A DNA stretch of 64,000 nucleotides. Origin: Rhina ancylostomus. Taxonomy: Eukaryota. Below the pieces are notes generated by a model, which was given only the letters and a program-made list of their open reading frames with translations, did no database searches and had not been told where the DNA came from. Every line of letters starts with the position of its first letter. Within the stretch, counting starts at the first letter, position 1. Location of the stretch: the NCBI GenBank assembly GCA_030265395.1, contig JARFYF010000022.1, positions 27,432,531 through 27,496,530 of the forward strand. Direction: 5' to 3'. This document shows positions 26,386 through 39,650 of this stretch, in pieces. The translations under genes and the position numbers were made by a program.

Positions 26386-26418
26386 AGGTTCAACCTTTCT
26401 ACATGGCTGCTGGATGTT

Positions 26419-26613
26419 TTAAGCAGTTTTCAGTACCTCCTGCCAGCCTCTTCCTTGTGTTGGCGCCACTGGGTCTCTTTCCTTACCCTCCTGCCCAGCA
26501 GGTAGGACTTCCCTCCTGGCATTCATCTCATTGATGACCATATTCAGATCTTTCTCATTAAATTTAGCAGAGCTCTGTCTTCTCTGCAGCCTCTTTTTGC
26601 TCCATGGCAGCAA
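26419..26613 (-). mobile_element. PIF/Harbinger Myb/SANT-like ORF remnant
   Basis: SAKFNEKDLNMVINEMNARREVLP...RGWQEVLKTA matches the Harbinger/NAIF1-type Myb-like pattern F(S)xxEL..LV.EV..RR.VLF....W.EV. Confidence 0.6.
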
Positions 26614-29399
26614 TTGTGTGTGTTGTTGGTTCTTGGCTGCCTTTGGGAATGTGCTTTAAGAGATAATGCTCTTCTAAGATGTACAGCAAACTGTCTATGC
26701 TGAATTCAGTGCAGTCCCTGTTTTAGTGCATGTTTCAGGAGGGTGGCGGGGTTGGTTGCAAGCCATCCTAGTGCTGTTTCAAACATCTCATAGGCCAGTT
26801 CCACAGTATTTTTTGCTGGGAGCCAGCATGACTTTTTGTACTGGACGCAATGATGGTTTAGTGCACCAAAAGAAAAGGCTAAAATCCAACTTCTGGGTTT
26901 ATTGTCTCCAGTGGTTAAGGAGCTGTAAATGGGGAATCAATATGCAATAAATGTAAGTCAGGAGAGAGGATAACTTTGTTTATAAAGTGATTGTGAATTT
27001 CTCCATCAGTTTTGGCCTTGTGTGAGTGTTAAGTACCAACGACACTGGATGAGTCGAGCAGTCGTTTACTGAAGTGTAATTTTGGCCAAGCTGTTCTTCC
27101 ACAGCCTCTGCAGCTGTCATTTTGAAATTAAGACCACTGCACCCCCCTCCCCAACATATACTTTCCCAGAACCTCAAAACTGTGGAGTCTCCTTTCCTCC
27201 TGCATATGGCTTTTGCAACCCCAATCTCACAATCAGCTAATCAAAAATCCCCTTGCTTCACATATCTAACCTCTTCATTTACTGGACCTTTGTTAGTGCT
27301 CCACACCCGGGCCCAGGCATTTCATTTTTATTCTCTATTAAAAGCATAATATCAAACACTTTATTCCAAGTTGTATTTCACTGAACTATTTTCTGTGGTA
27401 CTACTCACTACTCCAGCCGAGATATTTGGTGGGCTTGGTTTTCAAAATTAACAAGGCAATTATTGGAATAGGCCATTTTTGTTTAAAAACTTGTCTGTAA
27501 AGTACAAGCTTTGACTCATTAAGTGGAACTTAAAAAAACGTGAAAGTCATGATGAATCCACATAAAACATTATTGCTCCACATAGTGCCAAACTATCACT
27601 ATTACATACATGTGAAAGTATGCGCTGCAAATAATTGCCGTAGGAATTCTGGGGCCTGAGAGGAACTTTTTTGGCATTCTCCTTTCACTCTGCGATCTAA
27701 AAACTACAACAGCACTTTTTCCATCAGCGATTTCAATATATTATTAAATGTGCTCTGAATGCTACGTTTGATATATTGTACATAAAGTTAAAACTACTTC
27801 CTAATGATAAGATTCACAAGCATTAGTGTTTTGCTGAAAATTCCTCTGTTTTTTATTTTCCAATCAATCCATACTCTTATGTACCTTGGTTCTGCTCTTT
27901 AACATCTGGTGGTGTGCTGCTAATTAACAATTAAATAGACATGAAAGGTAGGAATGGTGACTTGCCTCCTGATTATCTGCTCATCTATAGCAAACATCAG
28001 ATTCCAAACTTATGGGAATGGATATTATAAATTTCCAAACATGGCTGAGGCTACAAACTATAATGAAGTCTCTGAAATGTGGATTTGAATTCTTCCCATT
28101 GGGGGATTGGAAATCATATAATGAGACATTAATCTGGCACTCCCTGCCAGAATTCAATTGTATTCAGACCTAGGGATGAAATTGACATAGTGATGCACTG
28201 AGCACAAGTACATTATTATGGTTAAGTAACCTCTCTTCAACACATGTTTATTCCTTTGATCACTTGAACTGATAGCTCCTTATGTGGTTTGGTGTCAGGT
28301 TTTTTTTTGGTTTGTTAATGTTCCTGTGAGTCACTTAGGGACATCATTGTTATGCAAAAGATACCATATAAATGGGTGTTGTTTTAGTTAGCAGCCTAAA
28401 CCGATACAAGATCCATGTAGTCAGTAGGAAAATGGAATCTTCAGTTTTATCAGATTTGAACCCAAGTTCAGTGTGCTTCCTCTACACCACTCAGTCCCCT
28501 GTACAGGCCTCTAACTTAATGTGAGCCAGAGCCACTAACGGGAAAGACTACTGTACCTCGGGGGAATATGTTTTTCCCAATCTTCTAAAATGAATAGCAG
28601 AAAAGCATAAAATGGAATTGGTAACTACGGTAGGAAGACTAAATAAAGATAGAAGTCACAATTTCACTCCTCTGTCTTTTGCTGTAGTGGGTTGTTTTCT
28701 GCTTTCTTCCTTTAATGTGGTGCTACTATTTTCCAGAAGTCCACCATTCATTGTTAATTTCCCATTATGTAAAAATGAAAATATCTATTGCACAACTTTG
28801 TCTGGGGATTATAAATACTTTACTGGCAAAATGTAGGGTTAGCATTCTGGTTTCTCAGCTATTATTCAACTATTCAATCTAATCCATACAAGTGGAACAA
28901 AAACCCTTTATTGAATCTAATGTTGCAATGTGAAATGAGCTAATACCCACTTAAAGAAACTGAGACCAAATTAGCAATCACACCCAAAGTTCAGAAGGTG
29001 GCGTGTTTGGGAACTGCAATAGGTCATAAAGATATACTGCACAATGTCGATCAAAAATTGTGCCTGAAGCACAACTGGGTTAGAAATTTGTCCTGTAATG
29101 TATGTGCTAAATATGCTATCAGTTTCTGGAATTTTCTTCCATTGAAGTTACCGGAACGGGATTTGAGAAACAGAGCTCAATGTGCTTATGCATTCAGCAT
29201 GTACTGCACAGTCAAATTTCTACCCCATTGTTCTGATTCATATAGGGCAGATGGGCAATAGTAACAATGACCATCTCTTATTGGCCATGGGGTGATGATG
29301 ATAAACAACCTTCCCGAGTTTCTACCATCTGAATCATTTGAGGTACTCCACAAAGTTGTTTTATTGTGATAACTTTTCTAACCAGAATAACATGTGACT

Positions 29400-29960
29400 G
29401 TGAAATGGTGGCATTCCCTTGTGTGTGCTGCCCTTGCCTTCCATGTGGTAGAGGTTACAGATTTAAGAGGTGCTGCTGAGAAAACCTTGGTGAGTTGATG
29501 TTGTGTTACTTGCAGGTGGTTCACATTGCAGTCACAGTGTGTTAGTGATGGATGAAGTGCACACTTGAAGTTTTACCAGTCAAGAGGGCTGCTCATTACT
29601 GTATGATGTTGAGCTTTGAGTGTGGGCGCTGCTCTCATCCTACAAGTGAAGTGTATTTTGCCATACTACTGATTTGCAGACTGTAAAATGCCTATATCAG
29701 GAGATAAACTAACCCAACCTCTGACTGTCCTGGTAGCCACAATGTTTATGTGGTTAGTCCAGTTATATATCCCATTAATGGTGACCCCTCAGGATGCTGA
29801 TGGTGTTGGATTTGATGCTAGCAATAACTTTGGAAATCAAAGGGATATGATTAGCTACTTGTTGGAGATTGTTTACAATTTGTGTGGCAACAATGTGACT
29901 TGCCATCTATCAGCCTAAACCAATATGTTGTCCATGTATATCTGTCCTCTGCCACTCACT
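29400..29960 (-). mobile_element. CR1/L2-group LINE 3' fragment
   Basis: tgctgcccttgccttccatgtggtagagg... is the reverse complement of the copy at 36410-36510; tggttagtccag and atggtgacccctcaggatg give LGVTI...WT-like residues on the minus strand. Confidence 0.5.
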
Positions 29961-32900
29961 GGTGAGCCTAGTGGCAGAGATGCCTGGAGAGGGAGCTGCA
30001 CAGGTATCTGATCTTGGCCTGTCTCTGAATTCAACATTTTGACATGCAGGCACAGAAGCCAGAGCTGAGCTGAACAGGGAGCAGAGAATAACCAATAACT
30101 CTCTATGGAATCACCAGCTAAAGATCAATGTGACCTGCCAGATAAAATTGAAATACGTAGTATCATCCTAATAATAAGTTGGTTACTGAAAACTATGGAT
30201 GATCTTAAAGTTCGGATGCCACAGATTTAACTAGTACATATTTTTTAGTTCTCAAAATAGGAAGAAGGCATAACATGCCCTTTTTTATTAATGAAAGAGT
30301 CAATTTGTGCGCCACTGATACTGAGCTATTCCTTGATAACCCGATATTGATCAATATGTTTTGGCTCACTTTTTAAGTTGCAGACAACACCAAATTTAAT
30401 ATTAAACCCATATGGGCTTGAATGCCTTAATAACTATATGGAAATGATATATATGTATAATTTAACATGTTCAGATTATCTCATGCCTGATTACTGATGT
30501 GAATAGCATATATTTTGACTTAACATGAGATGAGCTGAATATTAATCCATAAATTAGAAATTGTAATCACATATATTTTGGCTTTCAGTGTTTCAAATTC
30601 CTGTAAATATATCATTTTTTTTAACAGGATCATTTTAATCCCTTATTCCTTTTTATGATCCATTGATTCATTAAATAAATTATTAACAACATTTGTAATG
30701 TGGCAGCAAAAATAAACACTTCCTACATTTAATATTTTGATTAGCTTTTTGGTACAAAACCTAATTGTAAAATTCTGTTAAGGTTTAGTCATCCTTTAAA
30801 AACTTAAATATGTTTGAAAATAAATTAAGTGAGTAACAAGATCAATGAGGCTGTAGAGAGGGAAGCTTCGTGGACCAGTACTGGTACTTTGTGTTCTTGG
30901 TTCTGTAGGTTCAGTGTGGGGCAGCATTGAGTAGCAAAGCATGTTGGAGCTTAAAAGGCTGTGAGTGGTAAGGTGCAGGTTTAATTCACCTGATTAATTA
31001 TTAACTGGAGAAACTTCAAGTGTTTCTTCACAGTGAATTGTGGAAAATTAATTGGAGCCATGTCTAGTGCATCTCCTAGTGGCTCTTTACAGAGTGGGGA
31101 AGGATTGCTTGAATACACGTTCTGCCAGTAGAGTGCGTCACAGATGGATAGGACTGTTGGATGGTGTGCAGGGATGCGGTGGAATGATAGGATAATACCT
31201 TTTCACAAAAAGAATGTTAGAGTAGCCAAAAGTATTGTGAAAGTGGCTACTGACAAGGGACTTGGATTTTTTTTTCTGTAATGCATGCTTTAATGCACTA
31301 CATGTTTGAATTTTATCTAAAATGCAATTGTTCAGGACAGTCAGTGCTTTGTTGGTTCCAAAGCACACTAATGCAAATTCATTCCGAGTGCCCTGTCTGT
31401 ATGATATACAAGTACACAGAGGCCACTGAGAATGACTTGCGATGTCACATGCCATGCAGCACATATTTTGAAGATGCTTGCGCAAAGTTTTTTTGTGCAT
31501 TTGAGGTGCACAGATGTATGTGCTACTCACCAAAGACATTCTAACCTTGGAGAGTCGAGACCTCCCTGAATTACTTAAATGGGATCAACTTTACCTGTCC
31601 ACAGGTATTGATCTTCTTGAAAGTAGGTCCACTTTGCAATATTTTCTTGTTCTATTCTGTACAACCCTCACAATGCTGATCGCTGGTCACCTCCCCATGC
31701 ACTGGAATCCCTCTTCGTGATCACAGGCCAACCACAAGCCCAATACTGCCATGACCACCTCATGATCATGTGTGCAATCCTGTATTCAACACTTGATCAC
31801 CCACCCAATACATATCCCACAATGTCCACCTGCTAACGTCCCATTTCCATTGATGCTGCCCTGATTCCTGGTGCCTCCTACTGGCTACACCAATCCAGGC
31901 TGATACTACCTTTGTCCTTTTGTTTTCTCCCCTCACCTAAACCTCAGTAATACATCGTTTACTGGTCTCCTAGTTCTACAGAACTAGATTCGGTGGAGGT
32001 AAGACCTTTGTGCAAGGTTTGGCAAGGCCTGTTCTGCTGTGCTTGATAGCTTGGGGTTCACATCAGAAGGCTTTTGCTATGGTGAGCGGTCCTTGTGCGT
32101 AACTGGCATGGGCCCAACAGGTAGCATCACTTCAGCTCCTTTTCTGGCACAGAAGCATTTTTAGACCAATTGGAGAATTTTTAGACATCTAGCTATGGGA
32201 GCAGTGGAAAGCTTTGAGAAAAATAAATAAGAAAAGGCATCAGTGTATTTGAGATGAACAAAGTGCTCCTTCCAGATAATGGACTGCTGAGTCAAGCACA
32301 ATATTGGAGCAAGTCATACAGTTTGGGAATCTTTTTTTGGCAGTACTCACAGTATAAGTCTGGGTGAAGTTCCTGCAGAATGCACATTTTCAGAGGAAGC
32401 TACTTTGTTGGTGATCCTGAGTGAAATGAATTTCAATAAACAATTCCAGTAGTGAGAATTTCTTCTGTGACTCTCAAAAGTAATGTTTTCATTATATCAA
32501 CTAGTCTGTCTTGAACAACGTTGAATCTTCAGTCCACTGTTTCCGTCTCCCTTCTTGCTCTGGATTTGCTAACATTGTTACTTTTGACATCTCCCATCTC
32601 CATGTAACAACATTTCTAAGTATATGAGATGTGATATACTTGTGATTAAAAAAGATTTAAACACACATAGTCCAAAACCTGACCTCTTAATATCTATACT
32701 GATAGGTTGGCTGCTTAACATTGTCAGAGGCGTTGAGCAACATTTATCTGCTTTTTAACTAAAGGCTGGTCTACAATCTCATGTGTATATGGAAATCTAA
32801 CAGACTTTCTTCCAAGTTTCTTGCACAGAAAATTTGATTAAAAAAATTACAAAAGCTGAAACTGTAATTGAACGCAGGTTTTCACTTGCCATGTTCAACC

Positions 32901-33754
32901 TATAGTTTTAGTCTTGATTATAGGCTGTTTGCTAAGTGTTTCTTATTCTTGCAAACCAGTGAATGTTCCCTGGTAAATTATGCTTGACAATAAATCAGCT
33001 ATATTGAAGAGATACCTAATCGTCTGCTTGGTGATCATTTCTGNNNNNNNNNNNNNNNNNNNNNNNNNNNNNNNNNNNNNNNNNNNNNNNNNNNNNNNNN
33101 NNNNNNNNNNNNNNNNNNNNNNNNNNNNNNNNNNNNNNNNNNNNNNNNNNNNNNNNNNNNNNNNNNNNNNNNNNNNNNNNNNNNNNNNNNNNNNNNNNNN
33201 NNNNNNNNNNNNNNNNNNNNNNNNNNNNNNNNNNNNNNNNNNNNNNNNNNNNNNNNNNNNNNNNNNNNNNNNNNNNNNNNNNNNNNNNNNNNNNNNNNNN
33301 NNNNNNNNNNNNNNNNNNNNNNNNNNNNNNNNNNNNNNNNNNNNNNNNNNNNNNNNNNNNNNNNNNNNNNNNNNNNNNNNNNNNNNNNNNNNNNNNNNNN
33401 NNNNNNNNNNNNNNNNNNNNNNNNNNNNNNNNNNNNNNNNNNNNNNNNNNNNNNNNNNNNNNNNNNNNNNNNNNNNNNNNNNNNNNNNNNNNNNNNNNNN
33501 NNNNNNNNNNNNNNNNNNNNNNNNNNNNNNNNNNNNNNNNNNNNNNNNNNNNNNNNNNNNNNNNNNNNNNNNNNNNNNNNNNNNNNNNNNNNNNNNNNNN
33601 NNNNNNNNNNNNNNNNNNNNNNNNNNNNNNNNNNNNNNNNNNNNNNNNNNNNNNNNNNNNNNNNNNNNNNNNNNNNNNNNNNNNNNNNNNNNNNNNNNNN
33701 NNNNNNNNNNNNNNNNNNNNNNNNNNNNNNNNNNNNNNNNNNNNNNNNATTAAT

Positions 33755-33838
33755 ATGGAAGGGTGCCCACTGGTCAGTGTGGATGAGTTTGGTGCAATGA
33801 CTTTTTCCATGCTGTATGATTTTATGACTCTATGACAA
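33755..33838 (+). mobile_element. CR1/SINE 3' tail next to a gap
   Basis: ttccatgctgtatgattttatgactctatga repeat tail. Confidence 0.5.
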
Positions 33839-36409
33839 TAAACGGGAATCGGAAGCAGGAAGTTAAGGAAAAGAAAAAAAAACCTCTGGAAAACAGAAAG
33901 AAAAAAGGGGCAAGTGTAACAAAATGCAATTGATTAAGAGACCAAACATGATAAGTATATAACAAAATAATTGTGCTAGAAATTTTACATTAATATAACA
34001 GAATTTTGTCCTTGTGTAGATGCAAATTCTGTACTGTAAAGTCAACTGATTCAAATGTAAGCAATGCATTGAGAAGGGAGTTTGAGAGTGTGAGTGATTA
34101 TATTCAACGATAGTGCCCAATGAATTGATGTTTTGATATGACTTCTGAATTAGGAAAGTTGTAAAGCAGTCTGGGCCTTGCTAGCACACATTTTATATAA
34201 TAGCAGGAAGTCAAAATCTATTTCTTTGAATAACACATGAAGGAGATTCATGTTATCATGTTTCTCTTTTCCATCAATTCAGGTAAAAAAAAAGGGAACT
34301 TTGCTTGAAAATACAGAGCTCCATATTTCCTGACTGGAGACTGACTGAGTTGTAGTCAGCTATTAATTGAAGCAAGTATCAGTCTAAAGTTGATCGCATC
34401 CATGCCATTAAATGAGGGCAAAATGCACAAACAACACTTTACGACATTTGGCTATTATCAATGCGGATGTATTTTACAAAAAAGTGTTCCGTTATGATGT
34501 TTAAATTATGCAGTGTGATGCTAGTGACACAACTGTTGGTACATTTGTATGAAATTCTTTTGTGAACCACTGTAATGAAGGTTTTAAATGGAGTAATCCT
34601 CTTAAAACAGTGGATTGAGATGAGTATGTTTACACAGTCATTACTACCACTATGCACCATGGTTTAGAGCCTATATGGAATTCTCCAAAAATAGATTCCA
34701 CTTTACATTGGAGACCACGCAGGGTGGTGCTGTTTTTGGTGTTTAGGCTGTTGACAAAGATTTAGCCACTTAGATCTTGCAGTCTCTCCCATATTGGCAC
34801 CATTGCACACGTTTTGATAAAAGAAGATGTTCAGTTGACTGCAAAGACTGAGGAAAACTAAAGTAAAAGCTGAAGAATAAAATGTACTTTGAAAATTTAG
34901 AAGATATATAAACATTCCCTATAATTTGTGTTTTGATTGCAATCAGTCCAAGTTACCAGAGGAATTTGTTTGTGTTATGTTTCTCATGACCTAATTATAC
35001 AGTGGGAAGGGCTTTCATAATATTTACACTCAGCATTTTGAACATGAAACCATACATTTACAATGAAGATTGCAAATGGAATCTTTTTAATGCCAGCATA
35101 TTCCAGTGCTTTCGGGGTTTGATCATTCCATTTCCATGGGAAAAAAACATACTTTTAACTCTGAAGGGACTGCTATTGTGAGAATAATACTGAATGCACT
35201 TTTTCCCAAGATTCAGGATGTCATTTGTGCTGTGGTAACTGCTGCATGCAGATTGCCTGATGGTTCAAGGTTTTATTGAATCAGGCAAATGACTAATTTA
35301 TACCNNNNNNNNNNNNNNNNNNNNNNNNNNNNNNNNNNNNNNNNNNNNNNNNNNNNNNNNNNNNNNNNNNNNNNNNNNNNNNNNNNNNNNNNNNNNNNNN
35401 NNNNNNNNNNNNNNNNNNNNNNNNNNNNNNNNNNNNNNNNNNNNNNNNNNNNNNNNNNNNNNNNNNNNNNNNNNNNNNNNNNNNNNNNNNNNNNNNNNNN
35501 NNNNNNNNNNNNNNNNNNNNNNNNNNNNNNNNNNNNNNNNNNNNNNNNNNNNNNNNNNNNNNNNNNNNNNNNNNNNNNNNNNNNNNNNNNNNNNNNNNNN
35601 NNNNNNNNNNNNNNNNNNNNNNNNNNNNNNNNNNNNNNNNNNNNNNNNNNNNNNNNNNNNNNNNNNNNNNNNNNNNNNNNNNNNNNNNNNNNNNNNNNNN
35701 NNNNNNNNNNNNNNNNNNNNNNNNNNNNNNNNNNNNNNNNNNNNNNNNNNNNNNNNNNNNNNNNNNNNNNNATGTGACTTTCATTCATGAAAATTAAAAA
35801 TAAATAATTTAATAATTCCACTGAGAAGCATTCAGAGTATTTGAAAGTGTTATATACTTAAAAGGCGGGGAAAAATATCTAAGCAAAGCCATATGGAAAG
35901 TGAAATGTGATTAATACTGCAAGTAATCAAGTGGCCTAGGAATGCTGTCCTTTGTATTGTTTGATTATTTGAGTAATGGAATGAGTAGAAGTACAGCAGT
36001 TGACTTGAGGAGCTGAATTGCAGAGACAACAGATAAAAGTGGCCTTTTGGAGAGTATTACTAGAAAGAAGTTATCTTGCTGTTCATAGTGTCCACAGCAT
36101 TAAGAAAAACCTATTGAACAACATCAACAGGATGCTGTATGACATCAAATAAGAATTAACATTTGGGACGAGGGATGCTTATTAAAGGATGGTTGAGATT
36201 TTGACCAAAGTACTTAGGAGGTACAATGTCACTCCTGCAAAAGCCAGGGTACATTTCTTATTGTCATTGAGCATAACATTCAGTGAAGTGACTGAACTGT
36301 GTGGTTATGGACATAGAGGTGTAACTACGTTAGAGTGGTCCAGAATTCACTAGGAAGGTGGGCGAACCAATGTCTGTATCCTTTCCCAAGCCAATAACTG
36401 CCGTTACAT

Positions 36410-36510
36410 GTCCAGGCTACCCCTACAGCACTTCCCAAATCCATGATTACCACCAAGAAGGACAAGGGCAGCAGTCACAGGGGTACATTGCCCTCTACAA
36501 ATTCCCCTCT
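36410..36510 (+). mobile_element. LINE 3' fragment (same family as 29400-29960)
   Basis: cagcacttcccaaatccatgattaccaccaagaaggacaagggcagcag. Confidence 0.5.
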
Positions 36511-36904
36511 TTTTAACTGAGAAACAAAGGTTGTAAATTGCTTCTTAATGCACCCACTTATTCCAGTATTTGCGTAAATAGTTACTGTGCTTGTGATGAA
36601 GTCATTAAGTGCGCAGCTGACGTCGGGCGAACGCAACCTGCGCTGGTTGGGGACTGTCTGGAGCTGCCCAAGCCATTTACCCAATGAGCATGATATGACC
36701 TGGGGAAATGACACCAGTTTAAAGGCTGCAGTTTGATGTATGGCAGAGGTTTAGAAAGAGAGTGCGTTTTACAAATGAAACTGATACAATAAGCTACTAG
36801 ACCAGTATGGATATGATGTTTAAATCCAGCCAAAGGCAGGGCTGACAGTATTTAAGGTCCTTAGCAAAATATCCTGGGTTTTGTTTTATAACAGATGAAA
36901 GCTT

Positions 36905-37320
36905 ATAAGAACATAAGAAACAGCAGGAGGAGGCCATCTGGCCTGTGAGCCTGCTCCTACATTCAATAAGGTCATGGCTGATCTGGCCGTGGACTCAGAT
37001 CCACCAACCTGCCTTTTCACCATAACCCTTAATTCCCCTACTATGCAAAAGATCTATCTAACTGTGTCTTGAATATATTTAATGAGGTAGCGTCTACTGT
37101 TTCCCTGGGCAGAGAATTCCACACATTCACTACACTCTGGGAAAAGCAGTTTCTCCTCATCTCTGTCCTAAGTCAGTTCCCTCAAATCTTGAGGCTATGT
37201 CCCCTAGTTCTAGTCTCACCTACCAGTAGAAACAACCTTCCTGCCTCTATCTTATCTATTCCTTTCATAATTTTATATGTTTCTATGAGATCCCCTCTCA
37301 TGCCTTCGAATTCCAGCGGT
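36905..37320 (-). mobile_element. Young CR1 3' end, truncated by a gap
   Basis: (cataagaa)n tail; closely similar to 38030-38420. Confidence 0.85.
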
Positions 37321-37429
37321 NNNNNNNNNNNNNNNNNNNNNNNNNNNNNNNNNNNNNNNNNNNNNNNNNNNNNNNNNNNNNNNNNNNNNNNNNNNNNNNN
37401 NNNNNNNNNNNNNNNNNNNNCAATTAATT

Positions 37430-37711
37430 TATATTTATTTATTACTCACATGTACATCGAAACACACAGTGAAATGCATCTTTGGCGTAGAGTGTTCTGG
37501 GGGCAGCCCGCATGTGTTGCCACACTTTGGGCACCAACATAACATGCCCACAGCTTCCAAACCCATACATGTGGGAGGAAAGCGGAGCACCCGGAGGAAA
37601 CCCACGCAGACACCGGGGGAACGTACAGACTCCTTACAGACAGTGGTCAGAATTGAACCCGGGTTGCTGGCTCTGCAATAGTATCACGCTAACCACTACA
37701 CTACCATGCCC
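37430..37711 (-). mobile_element. Near full-length tRNA-derived V-SINE
   Basis: Reverse strand: GGCATGGTAGTGTAGTGGTTAG (A box), GGTTCAATTC (B box), V-domain GGGTTTCCTCCGGGTGCTCCGCTTTCCTCCCAC, tail ...gatgtacatgtgagtaataaataaa. Confidence 0.85.
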
Positions 37712-38029
37712 GCTGTTATTTGGAAGTGTTACTTTCTAGCCAGAAGCACACAGCAAATCCAATTGCGATTATTACAGGTGCACGAATTGTCAAATGGTAG
37801 GAGAATTCTGTTCCACTTCAACTAGTGAAATAGTACCTGGAACATCTGCCTTGATAGAAAGGCTCGTGATTCAAGGAGAACAACTCCCACAGGGCAGCAT
37901 TTGGTCAGTGTCGTCTTAGATTCTGGCCGTATAGTTATTCCTCAAATTTCATCACTAAACAGATTTTTTTGGCTGTTGGGGAATCAAGGGAAATTGGTTC
38001 TTATGGGAAAAAGCTAAAGGGAAACAGCT

Positions 38030-39437
38030 ATTGAATGTCATCTGGCCCATCAAGCCTGCTTCGCCATTCAATGAGATCATGGCTGATCTGGCCGTGGACT
38101 CAGATCCACCTACCTGCCTTTTCTGCAGAACTCTTAATTCCCCCACTATGCAAAAATCTATCTAACTGTGTCTTAAACATACAATGAGGTAGCCTCTATT
38201 GCTTCCCTGGGTAGAGAATTCCACAGATTCACTACTCTCTGGGTAAAGCAGTTGCTCCTCATCTCTGTCCTAAATCTATTCCTCTGAATCTTGAGGCTAT
38301 GTCCCTTAGTTCTTGTCTCACTTATCAGTGGAAACAACTCTCCTGCCTCTATCTTATCTATCCCTTTCATAATTTTATGTGTTTCTGTAAGATCCCCTCT
38401 CATTCTTCTGAATTCCAGTGAGTATAGTCCCAGGTGACTCAGTCTCTCCTCATAGGCTAACCCCCTCATCTCCAGAATCAACCTGGTGAACCTCCTCTGA
38501 ACCGCCTCCAAGGCCAGTATATCCATCTTCAAGTAAGGAGACCAGAACTGCACGCAGTACTCCAGGTGCGGCCTCACCAGTACCTTGTACAGTTGCAGCA
38601 TAACCTCCCTGCTCTTAAATTCAATCCCTCTAGCAATGAAGGCCAACATTCCATTTGCCTTCTTGATAACCTGTTGCACCTGCAAACCAACCTTTTGCAA
38701 TCCATGCACAAGCACTCCCAAGTCCCTCAGCATAACAGCATGCTGCAATCTTTCACCGTTTAAATAATAATCTGATCTTCTATTTTTCCTACCAAAGTGG
38801 ATGACTTTGCAGTTACCAACATTGTACTCCAGCTGCCAGACCCTTACCCACTCATTTAACCTATCTACATTTCTCTGCAGACTCCCTGCATCCTCTGCAC
38901 AACTTGCTTATCCACTCAATTTAGTGTCATCAGCAAACTTGGATATGCTGTACTGGGCCCCCTCTTCCAAATCTTTAATGTATATCGTGAACAGCTGTCG
39001 GCTCAGCACCGACCCCTGCGGTACCCTGCTCACCACTGATTGCCAACCAGAGAAACGCCCATTTATCCCAACTCTCTGCCTTCTATAGGTTAGCCAATCC
39101 TCTGTCCAAGCTAATACATTACCCCCAGCTCCATGCATCCTGACGTATGGATGTCTTTTTTGTGGCACCTTATCTAACACCTTCTGGAAATCCAAGCACA
39201 CAACATCCACCTGTTCCTCTAACCACTGTGCTCATTATATCCTTAAAGAACTCCAGGAAGTTTGTCAAACAGGACCTGCCCTTCCTGGATCCATGCTGCT
39301 TCTGCCCAATGGAACCACTTCTATCCACATGTCTTCCTTAATGATAGCTTCAAGCATTTTCCCAACTACAGATGTTGAGCTAACTGGCCTATAGTTATCT
39401 GTCTTTTGTCTACATCCTTTTTTAAACAGTGGCGTGA
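38030..39437 (-). mobile_element. 5'-truncated CR1 LINE, reverse transcriptase to 3' UTR, frameshifted
   Basis: ORFs read LDFQKVLDKVP, VPQGSVL..LFTIYIKDL, SKFADDTKL, RDLGV, LYKVLVRPHLEYCVQFWSP, LEAVQRRFTRLI, FTQRVVNLWNSLP. Confidence 0.95.
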
Positions 39438-39519
39438 TTTAAACTCACTAGTTCACGAGTGAGCAAACCAGTGACACATTAAACAGTGGTGTTTAATAAC
39501 TATGTTATTAAATTAAATG

Positions 39520-39650
39520 AAAATAAAAAAACTGCAGATACTGGAAGTCTGAAATAAAAACAGAAAAGGTCTTGGGCCTGAAATTTTAGTTTTGCTCCTC
39601 TTTCCACAGATGCTGCCTGACCTGCAGAGTGTGTCCAGCATTTTCAGGTT
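39520..39650. mobile_element. Fold-back Penelope tail
   Basis: ctgcagatactggaagtctgaaataaaaacagaaa (minus) is joined to aggtcttgggcctgaaa...ccacagatgctgcctgacctg (plus). Confidence 0.65.

Noticed and set aside
37620-37711. A-box/B-box sequences as tRNA genes (also 1-78)
   Set aside because: They continue into V-domain SINE bodies and do not form a full cloverleaf.
38173-39210. 191-aa and 100-aa ORFs as host genes
   Set aside because: They are frameshifted pieces of a 5'-truncated CR1 ORF2.
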